Shown here in pieces: positions 57,308 through 64,000 of a stretch of 64,000 bases of DNA. How positions within the stretch are numbered: the first letter of the stretch is position 1; the number at the start of each line of letters is the position of its first letter. The notes below the pieces were generated by a model. It did not search any database, was not told the origin of the DNA, and worked only from the letters and a program-made list of their open reading frames with translations. Origin of the DNA: an uncultured Pseudomonadota bacterium (GTDB lineage: Bacteria; Myxococcota_A; Polyangia; Fen-1088); contig CAVTSM010000005.1 of assembly GCA_963737345.1 (NCBI GenBank), positions 334,064-398,063 on the forward strand. Direction: 5' to 3'. Position numbers and translations under genes: made by a program.

Positions 57308-59628
57308 ACCTGCTCGGTCATCTGCCCGGCGGCTACAACGATTGGCGCCTGACGGTCGGCGCGGCCGCTCACCTGGGACGCACCGGGGTGGCGTTGCTGG
57401 TGGCCGGCGCGGCCGTGGCGATCGCGCTGTCGGCGCTGTCCCTGGCCGACGAACGCCGGGGGCGGGGCGGGCTGCTGTTCGCGCTGCGGGTGGCCGGGGT
57501 GCTCGCGTGTCTGCTGACGGCTCTGGAACCGACGGTGGAGCTGCGCCAGGTGACGCACGTGCCGAATCGCGTGGCCGTCCTGGTCGACGCCTCGCGGTCG
57601 ATGGAGGTGCGCCCGCCCGACGGCGGTCCGTCGCGCGCCGAGCGGGCCGCCGCGCTGATCGACGCGGCCGCGCCAGAGCTGGCGGCGCTGCAGCGGGACG
57701 GACACGACGTGGATCTGTATGCGTTCGCCGACGCGCTGACGCCGGCCACGCGCGAGGCGCTGCACGCGGCGCCGGGCGGCGACGCCACCCGCATCGGCGA
57801 AGCGTTGGGCGAGCTGCGGGCGCGCTACGCCGGGCGCGATCTCGGCGCCGTGCTGCTGATCTCGGACGGGATCGACACCGGGCGCGTCGGCGAGGGGCCG
57901 CTCGACGCCACGACCCGCACGACGATCGAGGCGCTGGGCGCACCCATCCACACCGTGGGGCTGGCCGAAAAGTCGCTGCGCGACCTGTCGATCGCGACCG
58001 TGCTGGCCGACGAGCTGGCGTTCGTCCGCACGCCGGTGACCATCGAAGCGGTCGTTCGCCAGCACGGGCTGCCCGACCGGCAGGTCGAGGTCACGCTCGA
58101 GCGCGACGGCCGGCCGGTCGCGACCCGGGGCGTGATCCTGCGCGGCGACAAGTCCGAGGAGAAGGTCTCGTTCGACTGGCTGCCCGATCACCCCGGCAAC
58201 TTCGTCTTCCGGATCTCGACGCCGGTGCTGGCGGGCGAGGCGCTGTCCAGCAACAACCAGCAGTCGTTCACCCTCAAGGTGATTCGCGACCGCGTGCGCG
58301 TGCTGCACCTGGCCGGGCGCCCGTCGTGGGACGAGCGGTTCCTGCGGGCCATGCTGCGGCGCGATCCCAACGTCGATCTGGTGTCGTTTTTCATTCTGCG
58401 CACCGAGACCGACGAGCAGCCGTGGAACCACGACGATCTGTCGCTGATTCCGTTCCCGACCTTCGAGATCTTCGAAGAACAGCTGCGCTCGTTCGATCTG
58501 GTGATCTTCCAGAACTTCAACTACGCCCCATACGGGGTCGAGCCGTTCCTGCCCAATCTGCGCGACTACGTCGAAGAGGGCGGCGCGCTGGCGATGATTG
58601 GCGGGGATCTGTCCTTCACCAGCGGCGGCTATGGGCTGACCCCGCTGCGCGACATCTTGCCGGTCGAGCTGCCGCCCCTCGCGCCCACGCTGGACGGCGA
58701 GAACGACCCGGCGCTGACGACCGACAGCTTCAAGCCGCGCCTGACGCCGGAGGGGCATACCCACCCGATCACGTCGCTGGTGCTGAACCCACGCGAAAAC
58801 GAGGCCGGGTGGGCCAAGCTGCCCCCGCTGGCGGGGATCAACCGGGTGCCGCGCGTGAAGCCGGGCGCGGCGACGCTGCTGGCGCACCCGTCTGCCAAGG
58901 GCGCCGATGGCAAACCGGCGCCCGTCCTGGCGGCCGGCGACGCGGGCAAGGGGCGCACACTGGCTTTACTGACCGACAGCGCCTGGCATTGGGGATTCAT
59001 GGCCGCTGGCGAAGGAGACGACGGGCGCGCCTTCCAGCGCTTCTGGGAGAACGCCGTCCGCTGGCTGGTGCGCGATCCAGCGCTGACGCTGCTGCGCATC
59101 GAGCTGGCCCGACAGGAGTACCGCCGCGATCAACCCATCACGGCGCGGGTCCGCGCGATGCACGCCGACTACACCGCCGCGCCGGGCGTCGACGTCACGC
59201 TGGAGGTCAATGCCGCCGGCGCCGCGGCGGGCAGCAAGCCGCTGCGCAGCCTGAAGGTGACCACCGACAGCGACGGCGACGCGGAGGTGGACGCCGGGCT
59301 GCTGCCGCCGGGCGCCTACCGGATGACCGGCCGCGCCACGCTGGACGGCCGCGCGGTCGCGCAGGACCAGACCTTCGTCGTCCGGGCCGCCGGTCCCGAG
59401 CTGGACGACGTGGCGGCACGCGACCGCGTGCTCCGCGAGCTGGCTCAGGTGAGCGGAGGTGAGTACAAAGCCGAGAAGCTGCCGCATCTGGCGGTCCGGC
59501 CGTCGCGCGAGATCCGTGTCGGGCGACAAGAAACGGTCGAGATCTGGTCACGACCGCCGCTGCTGATCATCGGGCTGGCGCTGCTGATGATCGAATGGAC
59601 GCTGCGCCGCCGCTCCGGGCACGTCTAG
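57304..59628 (+). CDS. BatA/vWA-type membrane protein with C-terminal GATase-like region
   Basis: 774 aa with N-terminal TM helices, the vWA MIDAS motif VLVDASRSM and a C-terminal TM segment. Its start overlaps the upstream stop (ATGA). Confidence 0.7.
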   Translation: MNLLGHLPGGYNDWRLTVGAAAHLGRTGVALLVAGAAVAIALSALSLADERRGRGGLLFALRVAGVLACLLTALEPTVELRQVTHVPNRVAVLVDASRSMEVRPPDGGPSRAERAAALIDAAAPELAALQRDGHDVDLYAFADALTPATREALHAAPGGDATRIGEALGELRARYAGRDLGAVLLISDGIDTGRVGEGPLDATTRTTIEALGAPIHTVGLAEKSLRDLSIATVLADELAFVRTPVTIEAVVRQHGLPDRQVEVTLERDGRPVATRGVILRGDKSEEKVSFDWLPDHPGNFVFRISTPVLAGEALSSNNQQSFTLKVIRDRVRVLHLAGRPSWDERFLRAMLRRDPNVDLVSFFILRTETDEQPWNHDDLSLIPFPTFEIFEEQLRSFDLVIFQNFNYAPYGVEPFLPNLRDYVEEGGALAMIGGDLSFTSGGYGLTPLRDILPVELPPLAPTLDGENDPALTTDSFKPRLTPEGHTHPITSLVLNPRENEAGWAKLPPLAGINRVPRVKPGAATLLAHPSAKGADGKPAPVLAAGDAGKGRTLALLTDSAWHWGFMAAGEGDDGRAFQRFWENAVRWLVRDPALTLLRIELARQEYRRDQPITARVRAMHADYTAAPGVDVTLEVNAAGAAAGSKPLRSLKVTTDSDGDAEVDAGLLPPGAYRMTGRATLDGRAVAQDQTFVVRAAGPELDDVAARDRVLRELAQVSGGEYKAEKLPHLAVRPSREIRVGRQETVEIWSRPPLLIIGLALLMIEWTLRRRSGHV

Positions 59629-59649
59629 ACGGCCTGTCGCGCACCCTAG

Positions 59650-60930
59650 CTAGCTGTCGCGGCGGACGGCGAGCGCGCCGGTCACCCAGCGACGCCGCGC
59701 CCTGCCCGCCCCGCGCCCGCGGCCGGCGAACACCAGCAGCATCGCCAGGCCCGGCAGGAGTCCGGCGGCGCCGAACGCGCCGGTCGCCACGGTGCAGCCG
59801 GCGGCCCCCATCATCGGCGCCGCCTCCAGCAGCTCACCGTCGGTGGGCGCGGTGATGTTCAAAGTCGCCACCGTCTTGTGCCCCGAGGCATCGATGGCCG
59901 TGGCCGTGATGGTCTGCTTGCCCGAGATGCCCGTCAGATCCCATTCGAAGGGACCGTTCTTCGCCGACGCGGTGAGCCCCTGCGGCGACACGGTCAGCGT
60001 CACGTTCGTCAGGCCGCAGTCGTCGTGCGCGTTCACCTTCACGGCGAAGTCATGCCCCATGGACGCCCCGTTCTTCGGCGTCACGAACGCCAGGCTGGGT
60101 GCCTGCTTGTCATCCATGCAGCCGAATGCCGACGGCTTCGGGCCGCCCGGCCAGGCCCCGAAGGCGTCCTTCATCATCTGATACGAATTCTGGGCCTGCC
60201 GGTCACAGCGGTCCCCCGACACGGCCAGGGACTTGTTCTGGAACCCGTCGCAGTTCCGGCAGATGTACGGGTACATGATGTCGGCGTCGCTCGAGACATG
60301 CTCGAGGCCCAGCAAGTGCGCTTGCTCCTGCGCGATGATGACGGCGGTATCGTGGGCGCTCTGCCCGCCATCCAGCGTGTAGGCGACGCCGCCTTTGAGA
60401 TCTTTGCACAGGAAGGGCGCAACGCCGGCCACCGTGCTGTCGACCTTGCACCAGGCGCCCCCGCCCGAGGACACGACCTCGGTGTAGTAAGCGCCGCTGG
60501 CCGGTTTGGTCAGAGTGAAGATGACGTTGAAATCGGCATACCACCGGTCGAGATAGGCCTGGATCTGCTGCTGGCACTCGAGCAACGTCGGCGCAAACGT
60601 GCAGGTGAACTTCGGCGCCAGCCCGCCGCACGCGTTGTAGTTCATCGTGGGCAACGCCGTCTTTCCGTCCGCATAGACGAGGTAGATGACCTTGGGCGCG
60701 CCGGAGGCGTTGTTGGCGGCGACTGTGGGCAGAGCCGTCTCGGCCGCAATGCCGGGGGCGCGCTCCGCCGACATGAGATCGGTCTCGAGCGTCGAGCTGG
60801 GGCCCGGGTTGCCGCCGGAGTCCAAGGGACCGGGCAGGCTCTCGGCGCCGGGCGGCTCGCCGCAGCCGAGCACGGCCAGCGCCGCGCCAAATGCCAGGGG
60901 AGCCAGGGTGAGCTTACGACGCAACGCCAT
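59650..60930 (-). CDS. secreted metzincin-like lipoprotein with degenerate zinc motif and MYXO-CTERM-like tail
   Basis: 426 aa with the lipobox LAVLGC. The motif QEQAHLLGLEH (60298-60342 region) is followed by DIMYP. The C-terminal ...AAGCTVATG...LLPGLAMLLVFAGRGRG is a sorting-signal-like tail. Confidence 0.65.
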   Translation of the reverse strand: MALRRKLTLAPLAFGAALAVLGCGEPPGAESLPGPLDSGGNPGPSSTLETDLMSAERAPGIAAETALPTVAANNASGAPKVIYLVYADGKTALPTMNYNACGGLAPKFTCTFAPTLLECQQQIQAYLDRWYADFNVIFTLTKPASGAYYTEVVSSGGGAWCKVDSTVAGVAPFLCKDLKGGVAYTLDGGQSAHDTAVIIAQEQAHLLGLEHVSSDADIMYPYICRNCDGFQNKSLAVSGDRCDRQAQNSYQMMKDAFGAWPGGPKPSAFGCMDDKQAPSLAFVTPKNGASMGHDFAVKVNAHDDCGLTNVTLTVSPQGLTASAKNGPFEWDLTGISGKQTITATAIDASGHKTVATLNITAPTDGELLEAAPMMGAAGCTVATGAFGAAGLLPGLAMLLVFAGRGRGAGRARRRWVTGALAVRRDS

Positions 60931-61098
60931 TGCCGGTGTTCCCTCCGCCGACCCATCCGCACAATCGACTTGCCCCGCCGGTCCCCAGCTGGCGGTGCAG
61001 TCCGACCTGTGGCAGGGTCTGCAGACTTTTTCATCGGCCGGTCCCGCGGAGCGCTTTATAGTCTCCCCTACGATTTTTTTTGCCGGAGTAATGACGTC

Positions 61099-61746
61099 AT
61101 GGTGGCAGCCGAATCGTTCGTCAGCGAGCTCGACGCGAAGAACCAGCCCTCAATCGGCAGGATCGTGGCGGCGTTGAACGAGGGCCTGGCCAAGGACGGG
61201 GTCGAGGTCGCCGACGCGCTGCGCATGGCGATGAAGAACGCGATCGAGAACGCCGAGGTCGCGGCCCTGTGGCTGACGGACTGCGACGATCTGGGGATGA
61301 AGCTGTCGCTGGCGGAGCAGTGCGGCGACGGTGCGCGGCAGTGCCGCCGTTTGGCCGGGCGCTTGACGGCGATTGGAAGCGTGCCCTACGACCCGCGCGA
61401 CGGCGGGTATTCGAAGTTGTTCGCCTTCCTGCGGTCACTGACCACGGCGGAAGAGCGTTCCTCGGCTGGCTACGTCACGGGCAAGGCGTTGTCGGCCGCA
61501 CGCCTCGCCGCGCTGGCGGCCTTCTGCACCGCGCGCGGCGACGAAGAGACCGCGCACCTCCTCGGCACCGACATGGTCACCGAAGAGCGCCGGTACTACG
61601 ACGAGGGGCGCCAGATGCTGGTCGTCGCCGCGACCGCCGAAGAGAGCCAGGCGCGCGCGCGCCGCGCCGCCTACCGCACACTGGAGCTGGCAGGCGAGAT
61701 CGTCGAGCCGCTGGCGCTGCGCCGCTCGCTGGGCCGTCGCCGGTAG
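61099..61746 (+). CDS. hypothetical helical protein
   Basis: 215 aa, the C-terminal part of track ORF 59878..61746. It is mostly helical. No domain recognised. Confidence 0.5.
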   Translation: MVAAESFVSELDAKNQPSIGRIVAALNEGLAKDGVEVADALRMAMKNAIENAEVAALWLTDCDDLGMKLSLAEQCGDGARQCRRLAGRLTAIGSVPYDPRDGGYSKLFAFLRSLTTAEERSSAGYVTGKALSAARLAALAAFCTARGDEETAHLLGTDMVTEERRYYDEGRQMLVVAATAEESQARARRAAYRTLELAGEIVEPLALRRSLGRRR

Positions 61747-61766
61747 CGACGCTATAGTCGGGCGCG

Positions 61767-63047
61767 ATGGCCAGCGACTTGGCACCGGCGGCGCCGGTGA
61801 CGTTCGGGCGCTACACGCTGCTCGAAAAGCTGGCCGTGGGCGGGATGGCGGAGGTGTTCCGCGCCAAGATCCATTCCTCGCACGGGTTCGAGAAGATCCT
61901 GGTCGTGAAGCGAATCCTGCCGCATCTCGCGGCCGATCCCAGCTTCGTCGCCATGTTCATCGACGAAGCCAAGCTGACGGCGCAGCTCACCCACCCGAAG
62001 ATCGTGCAGATCTTGGACTTCGGCGCGGTGAACGGCCAGTACTTCACCGCGCTGGAGTTCGTCGATGGGTTCGACGCCTTGGGCCTGCTGCGGATAGCCG
62101 CCCAAAAGCGCGTGCGCGTGCCGGCGCCCATCGGGGTGTTCATCGTGCAGGAGATCCTGGAGGCGCTCGACTACGCGCACAACGCGCGCGACATGGAGGG
62201 CAAGCCGATGCAGATCGTGCATCGGGACATTTCGCCCTCGAACATCTTCGTCTCGAAGCGAGGCGACGTGAAGCTGGGCGACTTCGGCATCGCCCACGCT
62301 CAGCGCCGCGACTCGAAGACGCAGGTCGGGACCCTCAAGGGAAAATACGGGTACATGGCGCCCGAGCAGGTCGTGGGCCGCCCCATCGACGCGCGCAGCG
62401 ATCTGTTCGCCATCGGCGTGGTGCTGGCGGAGCTGTTGACCGGGCGCCGGCTGTTCTCGGCGGCTGCCGATCTGGACGTGCTGCTGAAGGTCCGCGACGT
62501 GCGCCTCGACCGCCTCGACAAGTACGGGACTGACATCCCGCCGGCGCTGGACCAAATCGTGCGCGGCGCCCTCAAGAAGGACCCCGCCGAGCGCCCGCAG
62601 ACGGCCTCGGAGCTGCGCGATCAGCTGGCGGACTACCTGTTCGCGGCTGGCGAACGCATCGGGCCCGCGGAGCTGCGTGTGTTCGCGGCCCGGCTGCTGG
62701 GCGCCGACCCGGACACGGCCGCGCAGCTGCTGCGCAACGCGCGCCACATCGACAAGCCCGCCAAGCCGAGCCCGGGCGTCGCCGAGCCCGCGCCGCCGCC
62801 ACGAACCCTCCCCGCCGCCGGCGCAGCGGCCGGCAGCGGATGCCTCGCGCAGCGCGACCGCGGCGTCGACTGGCGAGGATCCCTGGGCCGAGGCGGACGA
62901 GGCCGAGAGGTCCTCGGCGCGCCGGTTCACGCCCGTGTCGAAGCCGGGCGAGGCAGTCCGCCTGGACGACCGCCGCTCCCGCAGCCAGAGCGAGATCGGC
63001 CGCTTCGTGTCGGCGGCGCCGGCGCGACCACCGGACAGCGCCGGTGA
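61767..63047 (+). CDS. Ser/Thr protein kinase (C-terminal ~80 codons of this ORF probably out of frame)
   Basis: It has the Hanks kinase motifs GGMAEV, VVKR, HRDISPSN, DFG and APE. After about 62800 the translation becomes Gly/Arg-rich nonsense. Confidence 0.85.
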   Translation: MASDLAPAAPVTFGRYTLLEKLAVGGMAEVFRAKIHSSHGFEKILVVKRILPHLAADPSFVAMFIDEAKLTAQLTHPKIVQILDFGAVNGQYFTALEFVDGFDALGLLRIAAQKRVRVPAPIGVFIVQEILEALDYAHNARDMEGKPMQIVHRDISPSNIFVSKRGDVKLGDFGIAHAQRRDSKTQVGTLKGKYGYMAPEQVVGRPIDARSDLFAIGVVLAELLTGRRLFSAAADLDVLLKVRDVRLDRLDKYGTDIPPALDQIVRGALKKDPAERPQTASELRDQLADYLFAAGERIGPAELRVFAARLLGADPDTAAQLLRNARHIDKPAKPSPGVAEPAPPPRTLPAAGAAAGSGCLAQRDRGVDWRGSLGRGGRGREVLGAPVHARVEAGRGSPPGRPPLPQPERDRPLRVGGAGATTGQRR

Positions 63048-63741
63048 CCTGAGCATCATCACGCCGATGCGCCTGCTGGCCGACCTGGCCGTGGCGGCGG
63101 AGACCGGCCTTTTGCGTTTCGAGTGCGACGGCAATCAGAAGGAGATCTTCGTGGTCGCCGGCGCTCCCGAATCGGTCAGCTCCGCGGACGCGGGCGAGCG
63201 CTTCGGTCAGTACCTGGTCGGGCGCGAGATTCTGACGACGCAGGACCTGGATCTGGCGTTGCGTATGTTGCCCCACTACAACGGCAAGCTGGGCGACACG
63301 CTGGTCGCACTGGGGATGCTGCGCCCGCTGGACGTGTTCCGCCTGCTGTCCGAGCAGGTGCGCGATCGCGTCATCGACGTCTTCGCGTGGACCGAGGGGA
63401 CATTCTCGTTCTACCGGGGCGTGCTGAACCGCCGGGAGAGCTTCCCGCTGGGGCTCGACACGTTCGAAATGCTGGGGGCGGGTGTGGTCAGTCTGCCGCC
63501 GGAGCTGCTCGAGCACCGCTTCGCGCCGCTCGCCGAGCTGCATCCGTCGGCGACGGCCCGCCGACGCTTCGACCCAGAGGCCTTCAAGATCGGCCCGACC
63601 CCTGGCGCCGTGCTGGATATGCTGGATGGGCACCGCCCGCTGCGCCGCTGGCTGGCGTCGTTCACCGACCCGGACCAGCGCATCACGTTCCTGCGAACCC
63701 TGTACCTGCTGGTCGAGACCGACCTCGCTCAGCTGGATTGA
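62677..63741 (+). CDS. DUF4388 (PATAN-like) domain region, probably the C-terminal part of the kinase gene in the +1 frame
   Basis: From about 62.85 kb this frame reads as a plausible acidic linker. It then reads GDLSIITPMRLLADLAVAAETGLLRFE...KEIFVVAGAP, which is DUF4388-like. There is no convincing independent start. Confidence 0.6.
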   Translation: MCSRPGCWAPTRTRPRSCCATRATSTSPPSRARASPSPRRRHEPSPPPAQRPAADASRSATAASTGEDPWAEADEAERSSARRFTPVSKPGEAVRLDDRRSRSQSEIGRFVSAAPARPPDSAGDLSIITPMRLLADLAVAAETGLLRFECDGNQKEIFVVAGAPESVSSADAGERFGQYLVGREILTTQDLDLALRMLPHYNGKLGDTLVALGMLRPLDVFRLLSEQVRDRVIDVFAWTEGTFSFYRGVLNRRESFPLGLDTFEMLGAGVVSLPPELLEHRFAPLAELHPSATARRRFDPEAFKIGPTPGAVLDMLDGHRPLRRWLASFTDPDQRITFLRTLYLLVETDLAQLD

Positions 63742-63765
63742 GGGCGTTTTGGCGCCCCGAGACCG

Positions 63766-64000
63766 TCACTTGGCGATGGTGTTCAGCGCCGCCTGAATCT
63801 CGTGCTTCACCGCGGGGTCGGTCTCGACCTCCAGCCGGGCGCGGAGCGGGCGCTCGGCGTCGTGCGCGCGGCCTAGGCCCAGGGCGGCGGCCGCGTCCAA
63901 GCGCACCTCGCGGTCGTCGCTGTCCAGAAGCGGCGCCAACACCTCTGTCAGGCGCGGTCCGGATTGCCAGCCCAGCGCCATCGCCGCCCGCCGCAAGAGG
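63766..64000 (-). CDS. HEAT-repeat protein, C-terminal end (gene continues beyond the window)
   Basis: It has HEAT-like repeats (...LLDSDDREVRLDAAAALG...DPAVKHEIQAAL). The ORF is open to the window edge. Confidence 0.55.
   Translation of the reverse strand, partial: LLRRAAMALGWQSGPRLTEVLAPLLDSDDREVRLDAAAALGLGRAHDAERPLRARLEVETDPAVKHEIQAALNTIAK

Noticed and set aside
61010-61023. A sigma-54-like TGGCAG...TGCA upstream of the 61099 gene.
   Set aside because: The GG-to-GC spacing is 2 nt shorter than the canonical -24/-12 arrangement.

Overview
This is a very GC-rich chromosomal segment with strong third-codon-position GC bias. It most likely comes from a Myxococcota-type genome. The evidence is many lipoproteins, PilZ, PP2C and Ser/Thr-kinase signalling genes, a MYXO-CTERM-like sorting tail, and DUF4388 and DUF4159 proteins. 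About 85% of the window is tightly packed housekeeping DNA: obg-rpmA-rplU; gatCAB; a lipid kinase-PP2C pair; ugd; ddl; prolyl oligopeptidase with a POT peptide transporter; bioB with a desaturase; a complete ISC Fe-S operon (MerR-like regulator, then iscS-iscU-iscA-hscB-hscA-fdx); rmlC; a nucleotidyltransferase/AEP-transaminase fusion; and a DUF4159/vWA pair. The outlier is a visibly lower-GC island of about 9.7 kb at 20.3-30.0 kb. I read it as an integron-type gene-cassette array. It has eight attC-like imperfect palindromes (62-153 bp, RYYYAAC...GTTRRRY boundaries, unpaired bases always on the same arm). Each one closes a small promoterless minus-strand cassette. No integron integrase or any other tyrosine recombinase is visible in the 64 kb, so this is a CALIN or degraded sedentary chromosomal integron. 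The cassettes encode two HEPN-motif (Rx4H) proteins, a DUF6883/DUF4926 two-gene module, two tiny membrane proteins and three orphans. Two IS elements have invaded the array. An IS66-family element (8-bp target duplication, 22/23 terminal IRs) splits one HEPN gene cleanly in frame. An IS110/IS1111-family element sits exactly at an attC core and carries a ~300-nt 3' non-coding end that may encode a bridge/seekRNA. Two conserved genes, an acyl-CoA dehydrogenase and a Ser/Thr kinase-DUF4388 fusion, show apparent 1-nt frameshifts. These are either real decay or assembly indels. I found no rRNA, tRNA or CRISPR array. All calls come from reading the sequence and the ORF track; no searches were run.
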